A stretch of 64,000 nt of DNA from a virus (lineage: Duplodnaviria > Caudoviricetes): the IMG/VR virus record IMGVR_UViG_3300006139_000004, positions 32,001 through 96,000 of that record; one strand, 5' to 3'. This document shows, in pieces, positions 1 to 11,150 of the stretch; the first letter of the stretch is position 1, and every line of letters begins with the position of its first letter. Under the pieces are notes generated by a model. That model saw only the letters and a list, made by a program, of their open reading frames with translations. It ran no database searches and was not told the DNA's origin. The translations under genes were made by a program, and so were the position numbers.

Positions 1-2
1 AA

Positions 3-653
3 CAGTGCATTGGGTTTCAACAGAATAATCCTCACCATAACAGAAATGTGTGGGATCATACCCTATTTGCTGTTTCTGTGGCTCCTAAAGACATTTATAC
101 TCGGCTGGCATTGTTGTATCATGACATTGGAAAACCCCTGTGTTATTCGGAAGATAGCGGCGTAGGACATTTTTATGGACACGCTGCCGTTAGTAGGGAT
201 ATAGCGGAAAAATCCTTACGCAATCTGCGGTTTGATAACCAAACTATCAAGTTGGTTACTCAGCTTGTCGAAGCCCACGATAGAACGATTGAACCACGAA
301 AGCCAGTAATTCGCCGTTGTCTGAATAAGATGGGGATGGATCAGTTTCTTCGGTTACTGGACGTTAAAGAAGCTGATTATGCGGCACAAGCGCAGATTTA
401 TGGAGATAGGTTGCACAAGGCAGAAATTCTTCAGATGACAGATGAGATTATTGCGGCGCAAATACAACAAAAGGATTGTTTTACTCTCAAAGATTTAGCT
501 GTTAATGGAAACGATCTGATTCAGCTTGGATATAAGCCCGGGAAAAAGATAGGAATGATACTTAACCAGTTGCTTGAAATGGTGATTGATGGCATAATGG
601 AAAATGATAAAGCAAAATTAATTGATTGGGTAAAGAATCAGAAAGGTGTATAA
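3..653 (+). CDS. CCA-adding enzyme / tRNA nucleotidyltransferase, HD-domain-containing C-terminal part (5' truncated by window)
   Basis: Frame open from position 3 (QQNNPHH..VWDHT), LLYHDIGKP, HFYGHA and C-terminal LAVNGNDLIQLGYKPGKKIG typical of HD-containing CCA/poly(A) polymerase family. Confidence 0.8.
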   Translation, partial: QCIGFQQNNPHHNRNVWDHTLFAVSVAPKDIYTRLALLYHDIGKPLCYSEDSGVGHFYGHAAVSRDIAEKSLRNLRFDNQTIKLVTQLVEAHDRTIEPRKPVIRRCLNKMGMDQFLRLLDVKEADYAAQAQIYGDRLHKAEILQMTDEIIAAQIQQKDCFTLKDLAVNGNDLIQLGYKPGKKIGMILNQLLEMVIDGIMENDKAKLIDWVKNQKGV

Positions 654-844
654 TGGGATGACAAATTTAGAAAAGATTCAAAGTATGTCAAGTGATGAAA
701 TGGCAGACTTTTTACGAAATCACGGGAAATGTCCTTGTGAATGGTGTCCCGGAGAAGATAATCATTTCGTTAATTGTATTGAATGTTGGAAAAATTGGCT
801 GAATGAAGGAGTAAAGTAAAACAGTTCTTTATGGAGGTATAATT

Positions 845-1192
845 ATGGTTAAATGGCGATATAAATTAGAGTTTCAAGGTAAGACTTTGCGTGAGACTAT
901 TAATAATGGTGGTGAAGATTTAGAATCATGTAAGGCTACACTTCAGGCTTTGAAAAACTGTTACGATCAAATTAAGAGACTGGTTAAGGACGATTGGTGG
1001 AACTTTGAAAGCGACTATGAAAGTCTGGAGTATTACATTGAAGTGTTGGACAATCCAGATGAAAGTAAACGAGAAGATGCTTTGTTAGATGGTGGTTATA
1101 ATGGGGATAATCCAGCACTTGAATGTGTAAATGATAACCTACGAGCATTTTATGACCTTTGTGATTATTATAGAATTTGGGTAGGTATATAA
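845..1192 (+). CDS. hypothetical phage protein
   Basis: ORF with GGAGG RBS, same strand as neighbours. Confidence 0.6.
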   Translation: MVKWRYKLEFQGKTLRETINNGGEDLESCKATLQALKNCYDQIKRLVKDDWWNFESDYESLEYYIEVLDNPDESKREDALLDGGYNGDNPALECVNDNLRAFYDLCDYYRIWVGI

Positions 1193-2337
1193 GGAGTATA
1201 TATGAGTCAAATTGGTAATAGCACACTTCCTGAAAAACAAATTCAAAGTTGTACGGAAGAAGAAATAAAAAAATGGGATCAGTATGCACGATGGCTTGCG
1301 GATAAAATTGCATATGATGAGTTTCGTGGTATTCCACATTTCTTTATCTGGAGAGATTCTTCTACTTGTAGAAAAGGTGATTATTAATGACTAATCAAGA
1401 AAAATTTATTCTTTTGCGAAAAGGAATTGAAATAGCGAAAGAACTACAGGATAAAGCAACCGAAGCAGAGGATTTAATTTTCAAGGCATTGGATGATCTT
1501 GGTATTGATCCTGCAAAGTATAATACAGCAGCAGAAAATGCCAGCAACTTAGCAGAGGCGATTTCTTGTTACATAAGTTATGGTGAATACTCTGTTGATG
1601 GGTTAATGAAAGAAATTCGGAAGGCATATGAAGGAGTATAGCTATGGAATTATACTGTAAAAATTGTGATCATCATACAAATCATAATTTTGTAGGAAAC
1701 TTTAAAGACGGAAATCGACTGCTTGGTAGATACATTTGTAAAGAATGTGGAACTGAACAGGAAGATGAACCGATAGAAGGAGAACAAATCATGAAAAATA
1801 TTCCATAACTTAATACATGGCTTGGTCAGCGTATGCAAAATATGGGAGAAGCTGAACTTGCTGGATTATTTAAAGAAATTGCCGATTTTCGTAGGACTGG
1901 TATTCTAAAAGGTGAAGCATTAAGGAATTTGGCAAGAGAATTTTCAGATAATGTATCACATACAGACTATGGACAAAATATGAGATTAGTAGAGGATGAA
2001 GTTCTTTTTGAAATGAGTCGAAGATATTACAATTCTTTGATTTTTTGAGGTGATAAAGTGAGACAATTTGATGCTCATACAACATGGGAAGATGTTCAAA
2101 ATATGACAGTCGAAGAGGCTATTGCTGTACTTTCGCATGATGCTGATTCAGATGGAAAAGAGTGGTCTGCCAGACCACATAAAGCAAAGGCTGCTCAAAT
2201 GGCTATTGAAGCGTTAAAAAGAATTGATAATGCAAACTCATGTATTGGTTGCGTTAATTCAAAAGATAGGATGCCATGCAGATTAGATTGTCATGATTGT
2301 TCCAGATGCTATGACGATTTGTATAAGGAGGAAGAAA

Positions 2338-2859
2338 ATGAGGTTTAGAGATATTCCGCAATTTATTAGTGATGGATCATATCAAGTCAATGTGTCGTGG
2401 GAGTATATGATGGACTGGCTTGATAGATTGATCAAAGAAGAAGGGTTACAACTAAATCCAGATTTTCAACGAGGTCATGTGTGGACAGAGGAACAGCAAA
2501 TTAAGTTTTTGGAGTTTATTCTTCAAGGCGGTAAGACTGGTCGCATAATTTATTTCAATGATCCCTATTGGCACAGTTGCCGTCCTAAGACTGGATACAG
2601 TGATTTTGTATGTGTTGATGGCCTCCAGCGGATTACTGCCATTCAGCGTTTTATGAATAATGAAATCCCTGTTTTTGGTATGTACCATAGAGATTTTGAG
2701 GGAGATACGGATTTAATTCGTCATAGTATGGTGTTCAATGTAAACGATCTTAAAACGAAGAAAGAAGTTTTGCAATGGTATATTCAAATGAACGCTGGTG
2801 GTACGCCACATTCTGCTGAAGAAATCGAACGAGTAAAAAAATTGATGGAGGACTATTAA
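2338..2859 (+). CDS. DUF262 / ParB-like domain protein
   Basis: LNPDFQRGHVW and VDGLQR motifs; start reassigned to ATG 2338 after AGGAGG. Confidence 0.75.
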   Translation: MRFRDIPQFISDGSYQVNVSWEYMMDWLDRLIKEEGLQLNPDFQRGHVWTEEQQIKFLEFILQGGKTGRIIYFNDPYWHSCRPKTGYSDFVCVDGLQRITAIQRFMNNEIPVFGMYHRDFEGDTDLIRHSMVFNVNDLKTKKEVLQWYIQMNAGGTPHSAEEIERVKKLMEDY

Positions 2860-2879
2860 GATGACAGATAGGCGATATT

Positions 2880-3677
2880 ATGATAAGAATTAGTGAAAAC
2901 GAATTGAATCTTAGAACGATTATGGATAGTGGTCAGTGCTTTCGTATCTTTATTGTTGAAGAAAGTTACTTTGTCACTGTTTATGATGTTGTTACTATGA
3001 ACAAGTATGTACGTGTTTATCATGTTAAGTCTGAAGGCGCATATTTCTTTAATTGTAGTAAGGATGAATGGGATTTTTGGAATACATATTTTGATTTGGA
3101 TACTGACTATGAAAAATTTTATGCCGCAATTATGAAATCTGATGATGACTTTTTGAAGTCAGCAGCAGAATACGGGAATGGTATGAGAATATTGCGACAA
3201 TCATTTTGGGAGGCTTTGATTTCATTTGTTATTTCTCAAAATAACAATATTCCAAGAATCAAAAAGTCTATTGAATTGCTTTGTGAAAAATTCGGTAAGC
3301 CTATTGAGAAATATGGAATGGTTCGGTATTCATTTCCTACTGCAAAAGATTTAGATAACATTACTTTGGATGATTTGTCTGATTTAGGCTTGGGGTATCG
3401 TGCATCGTACATTTATGGAATATGTAAACGCAATCCAGCTTTGATTATGCCTAACTATGATATGTTGTTGGCTATTCCGGGGATTGGTAAGAAGGTGGCC
3501 TCTTGCATTATGTTATTTGGGGCATATGATTTGACTCAGTTTCCGATTGATACTTGGATGAAAAAGTTGCTGAATGAAGTTTATAGTGGCACTTTTGATA
3601 CTACGCCATATAAAGGCTTTGAAGGATTTGTACAACAACTTCAATTCTATTATTATCGTCATTTGAAAGGAAAATAA
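2880..3677 (+). CDS. 8-oxoguanine DNA glycosylase (OGG1/HhH-GPD family)
   Basis: SGQCFR, GMRILRQ, SQNNNIPRI, LGLGYRA, HhH PGIGKKVA, FPIDTW. Confidence 0.9.
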   Translation: MIRISENELNLRTIMDSGQCFRIFIVEESYFVTVYDVVTMNKYVRVYHVKSEGAYFFNCSKDEWDFWNTYFDLDTDYEKFYAAIMKSDDDFLKSAAEYGNGMRILRQSFWEALISFVISQNNNIPRIKKSIELLCEKFGKPIEKYGMVRYSFPTAKDLDNITLDDLSDLGLGYRASYIYGICKRNPALIMPNYDMLLAIPGIGKKVASCIMLFGAYDLTQFPIDTWMKKLLNEVYSGTFDTTPYKGFEGFVQQLQFYYYRHLKGK

Positions 3678-4074
3678 ATATGTGTGATTTTTGTAGAAAT
3701 TTCGATTTTGGTTCAGCTTCATTTGAATCAGATAAATATGGATCACGAATATTGTTAGCTGGTGGTAGCTATCGTTTTCCCGAACACCAGATGTTTAATT
3801 ATTGCCCTGTATGTGGGAAATTTCGCACTGAAGTAATTCTTGAGCGAGAAAGGATAAAAAACAATGGCAATCAGTGAAGATAAGACTATATGGATAGATG
3901 GAGTTCCATATATTCAAGATTATTCTGTAATGCCTCCACGGATTATGCTCCATCCTGACTATCATCCAACGATTTGGTTTCGTATTAAGCATCTGTATTG
4001 GGGATTGTTGTGTAAAATTGATGATTTAAAAATTCGGCTACATAACAAGATATACAACTGTTGGAGGTTTATAT

Positions 4075-4497
4075 ATGAGAAAGCCACAGGTCGATAATAA
4101 ATATAATCTTACAATGGCAAAAATTCGCCGTTTGAAGATTGCAGATAGGAGTAAGGTATGTGAACCTTTATTCTGGAGAAATGATGTGATTGAAGCATGG
4201 TGTATCTGTGGAAGCAGCGGGAATGATATGGACAGAAGGTTTGCCACTAACAATGAATTTTGGATTGGCATTTATGATCTGAACGCAAAAGCGTATGCTG
4301 GTAAATTTCGTGTTAGTCTAAGTTCATATGGTGGTATGTGTGGATATGAGTTTAATAAATTTTTTGATGTAAAGGATATTGATAACGAGCAAGATTTAGA
4401 GATACAAGAAAAGTTTTTGGCGAAGATAAATGAACTGATTGACTGTGGAGTTTTAGTGTTTAATACTGAGGCCGCAGAAATTGGGGGGGCAAATTAA
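4075..4497 (+). CDS. hypothetical protein with G7 tract at its 3' end
   Basis: ORF; GGGGGGG at 4483-4489 a few codons before the stop. Confidence 0.6.
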   Translation: MRKPQVDNKYNLTMAKIRRLKIADRSKVCEPLFWRNDVIEAWCICGSSGNDMDRRFATNNEFWIGIYDLNAKAYAGKFRVSLSSYGGMCGYEFNKFFDVKDIDNEQDLEIQEKFLAKINELIDCGVLVFNTEAAEIGGAN

Positions 4498-4555
4498 TTG
4501 ACTTTGTGCAGATTCAAAATAAAGTAATAGAGTTGGCAGCATAAAGCAAAACTAT

Positions 4556-4813
4556 TTGGAGGTAAAGAGAATGTCTAAATCTGTTGAATTGAAAAATTGT
4601 CCATTTTGCGGAGGTAAGGCTTCCCTCACAGAATTTGGTGCTGGTCATGAGGGAGATGGAGTATTTGTAACATCGTATAAGTGTGGTTGTCCTGAATGTG
4701 GAATTTTCTTTAATCGTAAATCAAGGTTCTGTATGGAAGGAACAGAAGTGAAGTTTTTAGAAAATGGGTTTGAGTATGTAACTCAGCATTGGAATAATCG
4801 TATGGGAGAATGA
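4556..4813 (+). CDS. Lar-family restriction alleviation protein (Zn ribbon)
   Basis: LKNCPFCGG ... CPECG ... HWNNR pattern. Confidence 0.65.
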   Translation: MEVKRMSKSVELKNCPFCGGKASLTEFGAGHEGDGVFVTSYKCGCPECGIFFNRKSRFCMEGTEVKFLENGFEYVTQHWNNRMGE

Positions 4814-4985
4814 TTTATGTATTGTAGTGGTGATTGTAAACATTTAAACAGTAAGAATCATATTTGCAAACTTACTGGAGAAAGGCTCTCTCATATGAGG
4901 TATGGTAGTAGAGGGTTTAGATACCATGTACATGAGCATGATGGAATTTGTCAACATGATAAAGAAGAAATGGAGGAAATTAAAA

Positions 4986-5852
4986 ATGGGAAGCAAGCGT
5001 GATAGTCTTGGGGATCGGATGAAAGGCTATGAGAATGTGACACGAACGAAGTTGGTGCGCCGTATGCCTGTCATTATTCGTATTGATGGAAAAGCGTTCC
5101 ACACATTTACAAAGGGGTTTGATAAGCCTTTTGATAGCCTTCTGATGGACGCAATGAATAGGACAATGAAATATCTTTGTGAAAACATTCAAGGCTGTGT
5201 ACTTGGTTACACACAGTCTGATGAGATTTCGTTGCTACTGGTAGACTATCAGACTCTCACTACAGATTCTTGGTTCGATGATACTGTGCAGAAGATGTGT
5301 AGCATTTCTGCAAGTATGGCTACATTGGCTTTTAACAAGGCATGGAAAGAGGTCGTGGATGAGTGGGGCGAAAAGACTTTTGGTAGTTCATGGTTTGAGG
5401 GCGGTACAAATGAGCCTATTGATGAATTGCTGAAGAAAAAGGCAGATACATATTGTTCTAAATATGATCGTGCGTTGTTTGATAGTCGTGTGTTTAATGT
5501 TCCTAAAGAGGATGTTACCAATTATTTTGTCTGGCGGCAGCAGGACGCTACACGCAACAGTATCCAGTCGGCAGGACAGGCGTGTTTTTCACACAGAGAA
5601 CTTATGAATAAGACGTGCAATATGATTCAGGATATGCTTTTCACCGAGAAAGGCATTAATTGGAATGACTATTCTACGTCCTGTAAGCGTGGTACGTGCT
5701 GTGTTAAGCGAATGGTTGACGTTCCTACAGGTAATGTATGCGGTGCTATCCAAGAGGTTGTACGCCGCCAGAAATGGCAACTTGACACAGGTATTCCTAT
5801 TTTTACTCAAGAGCCTAATTACGTTAATAGTCTGGCATTTGTTGGTGACTGA
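4986..5852 (+). CDS. tRNA(His) guanylyltransferase Thg1-like protein (3'-5' polymerase)
   Basis: RMKGYE, IIRIDGKAFHTFT, YTQSDEIS, FDSR, YFVWRQQDATRNS motifs. Confidence 0.92.
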   Translation: MGSKRDSLGDRMKGYENVTRTKLVRRMPVIIRIDGKAFHTFTKGFDKPFDSLLMDAMNRTMKYLCENIQGCVLGYTQSDEISLLLVDYQTLTTDSWFDDTVQKMCSISASMATLAFNKAWKEVVDEWGEKTFGSSWFEGGTNEPIDELLKKKADTYCSKYDRALFDSRVFNVPKEDVTNYFVWRQQDATRNSIQSAGQACFSHRELMNKTCNMIQDMLFTEKGINWNDYSTSCKRGTCCVKRMVDVPTGNVCGAIQEVVRRQKWQLDTGIPIFTQEPNYVNSLAFVGD

Positions 5853-5854
5853 AC

Positions 5855-6565
5855 ATGATTTACTGTACTGGTGATATTCATGGTGATGTGAGAACATTAT
5901 TAAACTGGCTTGACAAATGCCGTATTCCTCATCAAAAGGATCAGATAGTTATTTTGCTTGGAGATGTAGGAGTAAATTATTTCGGTGATTTTCGTGATCA
6001 AGAAGCAAAGGTTATTTTGCAAGATAGCAACCGAACATATTTCTGTATTCATGGCAATCATGAGCGTAGGCCAGAAAGCCTTGCTACATATCATTCTGAT
6101 GTTTGGCATGGTGGAGCGGTTTATATTGAGGACGAATACTCTAATCTTATCTTTGCACAAGATGGAGAGGTGTTTGATCTTGAGGGATTACAGACGCTTG
6201 TGCTTGGTGGTGCATATAGTGTAGATAAGTGGTATCGTCTGCAAAGTAGATACCATTGGTTTGAGGATGAGCAGATACCAGAACAACGGCGAAAGAGTAT
6301 TCTGAAAAATGTAAAGCAACTTGGCAAAGTTGATCTGGTTCTGTCTCATACTTGCCCGTATCAGTGGCAACCTTTTGATTTGTTTTTGTCTGGCATAGAC
6401 CAGAACAGTGTTGATAATTCTACAGAACATTGGCTTGCGGAAGTTGAAAGGAATTTGGATTATCGTTATTGGTTATTTGGACATTTTCATGATGACCGTT
6501 TAATCAACGATAAATCACAGATGCTTTTCAAAAATGTGATTGACTTAGAATTTTTGAAGGAGTGA
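5855..6565 (+). CDS. calcineurin-like metallophosphoesterase
   Basis: GDIHG, LGD, GNHE, SHTCP, GHFH. Confidence 0.9.
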   Translation: MIYCTGDIHGDVRTLLNWLDKCRIPHQKDQIVILLGDVGVNYFGDFRDQEAKVILQDSNRTYFCIHGNHERRPESLATYHSDVWHGGAVYIEDEYSNLIFAQDGEVFDLEGLQTLVLGGAYSVDKWYRLQSRYHWFEDEQIPEQRRKSILKNVKQLGKVDLVLSHTCPYQWQPFDLFLSGIDQNSVDNSTEHWLAEVERNLDYRYWLFGHFHDDRLINDKSQMLFKNVIDLEFLKE

Positions 6566-7906
6566 TTTAATGAATAACGTCTTTATCAAGGGGCAAATTC
6601 CTGACCTGAATTTAGATCGCAAGTTGAACTTGCACAATGGATCGCTGATTATTGTCAAACAAAGAGATACTATAACTGGCATTTATATGGTTGTATCATT
6701 CCGTGATAATAAAAACAAATACAATGGTAGTAATACCACATCGTATTGTTCGCTTGTAAATTTGGATAATGGTTCTCTTGCTTTTGAAGAGCGTTGCAGC
6801 CGTAGCACTACTGTACGTAGAGTTCTTAATCATGTTCTGCGTCTTGGGTTTTCAATGCCTTATAATCCAAACTCTAAAGAAAATGATAATCAAATGAAGG
6901 ATTATGATATTGATTATTATGGAAACGGTGCATATAAACTTGAAGTTGATTTGAGGTGATAATAATGAAATTCGTTTTGGGATTTTTTGTTCTGGCGTAT
7001 ATCATTGTTTTCTTTAATCCGAAGTTGGTGATTTCATATAATGGTGTTCCTACTAATAACTTTTTTGCGAGAGTTTTAGGCGCACTTATAATTAGTCTTA
7101 TATTGACGCTTTTTATTGGTCTGCCGATTATAGGTGTTATCTCATTGTTTATATAGGAGGACTTATGGCGTTTGTACTTGATGAAGAAGGTAATATTATT
7201 GCTTTTAATGATCCAGAAAAAAATATACAGCAAAGTTTGAATTCAATCAAACAAGCGGTTAATTATCTTGTACGGGATAACAAGGCTCTACGTGCTACAT
7301 TAAATCGTTATGACAAAGAGGCTGGTATTAAGGCCAAAGAAGATGAAATTCGATCTATCCAGCAGCGGGCTATTACTGTTCTTTCTCCAAAAGAATATGA
7401 GCGAGACAAGGCTTTTCGAGATCGTCATTATCAACTTTGTAAAAATGGAAGTCGCTTTATTTATGATCTTCAAGGAACAGGCATTGGCACAGTTGTAAAG
7501 ATAAAGTGTCCAATTTGCGGTGCTGAAGAAGATATAACAGATATTGAATCTTGGTAAAGGAGAATTATATGCAATATGTTTTATTTTGCATAGTAGTATT
7601 TCTCATTGGTTATGTAATATATGCTTTAACACATAATGATGGGAGTGTGTTTTGCGATCCAACTGAGTGTGCTACTTGTCCGTTTCCTCATAATGGTTGC
7701 AAACATAGAAAAGAACTGTTCTATTATGATTTGATACGAATGGACGGTCAATATATCTATGTTGAAATTGATCAGAAACTTATTCCAGTTCGAGTACGGT
7801 ATGAGAACAAACTATTGTGGTTTGTAAGTTCAATGGGATCAGTAACCTCGTATGACGATATTGAAAAGGCTGGAGGAAAGTTTTTTAAAAAATTTTCAAA
7901 AACCTC

Positions 7907-7935
7907 TTGACAATAACCAGAAATACAACTATAAT
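7907..7935 (+). promoter_or_regulatory. sigma-A promoter whose 17-bp spacer is the repeated motif
   Basis: TTGACA-ATAACCAGAAATACAAC-TATAAT. Confidence 0.85.
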
Positions 7936-8015
7936 AGGTAGTGTAAGGAGCCAGCGAAAAGCTGGCAATGAATAAGTGGAAATAACCACAAATACAATAA
8001 TAAAGGAGCAAGGTT

Positions 8016-8708
8016 ATGTACATCGAAACGAGCAAAGAAATTGGCAGTAAGGTTTATTTTCTGAAACCGATCCGCAAGGTTAAGTGTAGCCTGTGCAACG
8101 GCACTGGTCACATCTCTCTTGGTAAGCCCCTGAATGTGGAGGATGGTTACGAAAGCCCCAGCGAGTTTGTTCAGTCCCTTGTTCATCAATTTGCAGAGAA
8201 TTATCGGGATGCAGTTATCGGAAACATTAAGCAGTATAAGTGTCCTGAATGTGGTGGCAAGGGTATGGTGAAGGCCATGTCCCCGAAATATGAAGTCGGA
8301 GAAGGAACAGTTGTTGCAATCAATATGATTGCGAATACCAATGGGGCAAATATGATGTTCGCTGTTAGTGAAGAAGGCAATGGTTCTACTCCCCGTAAAC
8401 TGACCGATGATGAGATTTGGTTGGATCGTGATAAGGCTCAGAGGAAATGCGACTTCATGAATCTTGAACGGCGGCTGGTTCCTATTGAGTGTATCCAGAT
8501 TCCACAATCTTTCGCAAAGACCATTCCTTGTAACGAAAAGTTGATGCGGCGGCTGGATGAGTGGCGTAAGGCTCATAAGTTTGAGACTGAGATTTTTGTT
8601 GATGAGAAGCTGAACCTGTTTGATGGGTATACGTCTTTCTTGATGTATCGGATGCTTGGTAAGAATGATGTTCCTGTCGTGATCTGGCCTGACGAAAAGA
8701 GGCCGTGA
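8016..8708 (+). CDS. hypothetical protein with DnaJ-type Zn-finger repeats
   Basis: CSLCNGTG and CPECGGKG motifs. Confidence 0.55.
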   Translation: MYIETSKEIGSKVYFLKPIRKVKCSLCNGTGHISLGKPLNVEDGYESPSEFVQSLVHQFAENYRDAVIGNIKQYKCPECGGKGMVKAMSPKYEVGEGTVVAINMIANTNGANMMFAVSEEGNGSTPRKLTDDEIWLDRDKAQRKCDFMNLERRLVPIECIQIPQSFAKTIPCNEKLMRRLDEWRKAHKFETEIFVDEKLNLFDGYTSFLMYRMLGKNDVPVVIWPDEKRP

Positions 8709-8891
8709 TGGATTTGGCAATCGGCAGCACATATCAAAACAAAAATGGCGATAAAATCAGGGTTTTAGATATATGCGATAGCCTTGATAATAAGCCAAAA
8801 GTGGTGCTGTATAAGAAAAACAAAGGTAAAAAAGTTCTTCAGTCGTTTCAAGAAGTGCTGTTGGAAACATTAAAAGGAAGGAATTGATAAA

Positions 8892-9215
8892 ATGAAAACT
8901 GTCAAAAACGTTCTGCTTGCTTTGCTGGTTGTGGTAATTGTTGTCGGTGGCACATATACCGCCATCAAGTGGGATATGATTGTTGACAAGTGGCAGACAG
9001 AAGCAGATCGAGAAGTATTTAAGCAGACTACGACATACTCTGAGGCCGCTGCATCATTCTTGGCAGATAGTTATAAACAGTATAATGATGCTGAAACAGA
9101 TGCAGATAGGAACACAATCATGGAGTATGTTGTGATGAGGTATCCCAATTTGGATACTGATTCTATTGATAATAGCAAGTTGCGCCAGTTTTATAATCAG
9201 TGTCTCAATCATTAA
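8892..9215 (+). CDS. membrane-anchored protein
   Basis: N-terminal hydrophobic helix. Confidence 0.6.
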   Translation: MKTVKNVLLALLVVVIVVGGTYTAIKWDMIVDKWQTEADREVFKQTTTYSEAAASFLADSYKQYNDAETDADRNTIMEYVVMRYPNLDTDSIDNSKLRQFYNQCLNH

Positions 9216-9233
9216 AAATAAGGAGAATTAAAA

Positions 9234-9770
9234 ATGAAAAAGTTTAAGATTGTAGCTATTGTTCTTTGTGCAGTTCTTATGACTGGTATTTTGGCTGGTT
9301 GTATGTATGAAAGCGAAGAAACACAGTACACAGATCAGTTGAAAGATCAGATTAGTGATATGTATGGTTATCCAAATATATCCAACTTCTTTGAGTATTC
9401 TCAACTTAAAGAGATTTATGAAATGCGTGATAATCCTAATTTGGTTTGTTACTGGTATACTAAAAATGACATGAGCGGTAAATGGATTTATCAAGGAACT
9501 TGTGTTGGTTATGGTATTCCTTATAGTACATCTATTACTGCTCCAGAATCTGTTCAGAAATATAGTAAGCATTATGATTGGCAGATTTTACCCCTTGCAG
9601 AGCCAAATGGCCTTTATACCGATGGTCTGTCTACCTCTGCTACATGGATTTTAACAACTGATGCTAATGGTAATATTTCTCCGACATATGTTGAAAGCGA
9701 GATTACAATTAGCCAAGTAAAGATGGATGCTCGTCTTTGCGAGGACTGGTCTATTCCTAACAACTATTAA
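9234..9770 (+). CDS. lipoprotein
   Basis: signal peptide with lipobox LAGC. Confidence 0.7.
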   Translation: MKKFKIVAIVLCAVLMTGILAGCMYESEETQYTDQLKDQISDMYGYPNISNFFEYSQLKEIYEMRDNPNLVCYWYTKNDMSGKWIYQGTCVGYGIPYSTSITAPESVQKYSKHYDWQILPLAEPNGLYTDGLSTSATWILTTDANGNISPTYVESEITISQVKMDARLCEDWSIPNNY

Positions 9771-9971
9771 GGAGTAATTACAATGGATGATTTTCTGCAT
9801 GAGATTCTTGAAAACACAAAGAAAATGTTTCCGGGCGCAACCAGCGTAAGGATCATGGTCACGAACGAAGATGTAAAAGTTACTGCATCTTATAATGGCG
9901 AACTGTCCGATTATTCAATGAGAAAGATTGATGGATCGTGGTGCAGTAAACGTAAGTAATTCATTCAATAG

Positions 9972-10253
9972 GTGATACATATGGATTTAATCGAAAAATA
10001 TCTGCGTGAACATTCTATTGGCAAAGATTATCCAATTTGTAGCAGCGAATTGGCAGAGGCATTTGGCGTTCCAAGAACTATGATCCGGCATATGATTAAT
10101 GCTGCTCGAAGTAATGGAAGCCCGATATGTTCTGGTCAAAAGGGTTATTATGTAGCAACTGATAAAGAGGAAATCAAAGGCACTATTGACTCATTACGTG
10201 GGCGCATTACAAAAATGGAAAAGGCTATTGCTGGCCTTGAAGCGTGTTTATAA
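9972..10253 (+). CDS. winged helix-turn-helix protein
   Basis: SSELAEAFGVPRTMIRHMI..PICS..KGYY. Confidence 0.65.
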   Translation: MIHMDLIEKYLREHSIGKDYPICSSELAEAFGVPRTMIRHMINAARSNGSPICSGQKGYYVATDKEEIKGTIDSLRGRITKMEKAIAGLEACL

Positions 10254-10294
10254 AACAAATCTCCCTCACTACGTTTGTGGTGAGGGATGGATGT

Positions 10295-10385
10295 GGCAGC
10301 GTGTCGGAGCGGCTTAACGAGGCGGTCTTGAAAACCGTTGGCGACTAATAATCGTCCGTGGGTTCAAATCCCACCGCTGCCGCCA
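10295..10385 (+). tRNA. tRNA-Ser(UGA)
   Basis: Acceptor GGCAGCG/CGCTGCC, anticodon loop CT-TGA-AA, long variable arm, TTCAAAT T-loop, G73, encoded CCA. Confidence 0.92.
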
Positions 10386-10388
10386 TAT

Positions 10389-10481
10389 TGGAGAATGGTG
10401 GAATTGGTAGACACACCGTACTATGGAGCGGCGAAGGTAGCGCAGCCTTCTTTGTAGGTTCGAGTCCTACTTCTCCAGCCA
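10389..10481 (+). tRNA. atypical class II tRNA, anticodon arm one nucleotide short (identity unclear)
   Basis: Acceptor TGGAGAA/TTCTCCA, D-loop GGAATTGGTAGA, long variable arm GAAGGT/GCCTTC, GGTTCGAGTCC, G73-CCA; anticodon arm CCGT-ACTATGGA-GCGG. Confidence 0.75.
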
Positions 10482-10484
10482 AAA

Positions 10485-11108
10485 TTATTTTAGTTCTAAA
10501 CGTTGATTAACTAATCTTTTCATATCGTTTTCCCAAGCGGTCTTTCTATGATTGAGTTTCCATTTGATGTATTCATTCCAGCGAACATTAGAAGCCTCCC
10601 ATGACAGGCCAAAGATATGTTGAATATCCTGTGCCGATTCCACGTTTAGCATTTCATACAAAGGCATAGGGCATAACAAGAGCGCAGCAAAATGATCAGC
10701 TTCGGCCTCAAGTTCTGGATTGGACAGATTGTTGAAATTATTTTCTGCAATATGAGGTTCAGCGATATACGGAAGGTGGTTGAGTGTAACATGACCAAGT
10801 TCATGAGCCAGTGTCCAGCGAATACGTCCTAAAACATTATGATTTTCTCTGGATGAATTGAATAAAACAAGATACCGATTTTTCCCTACGTCATAGTGTG
10901 TGCAACCGCTTTTACTTTCGCATAGAGCAAAGACCTCTTGTAAAGGGCATTGATTAAGTTCTGCAAATTTATTGTATGTCATTGTTTTACAGTTATCCAT
11001 CTGTTCAAAAAACAGTCGTGGATCGAGAGGAAATTTGATACTTGGCAGCTTCTTATAAAGTTGCAAAACTTGATTGCAAATATAAGCGTATCTAATCAAA
11101 GCCATCAC
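10485..11108 (-). CDS. ImmA/IrrE-family metallopeptidase (anti-repressor)
   Basis: RWTLAHELGH and EAEADHFAALLL. Confidence 0.9.
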   Translation of the reverse strand: MMALIRYAYICNQVLQLYKKLPSIKFPLDPRLFFEQMDNCKTMTYNKFAELNQCPLQEVFALCESKSGCTHYDVGKNRYLVLFNSSRENHNVLGRIRWTLAHELGHVTLNHLPYIAEPHIAENNFNNLSNPELEAEADHFAALLLCPMPLYEMLNVESAQDIQHIFGLSWEASNVRWNEYIKWKLNHRKTAWENDMKRLVNQRLELK

Positions 11109-11150
11109 CTCACTTGGATTATATCATAAGTAGTGTCCCATAAAACGGAC

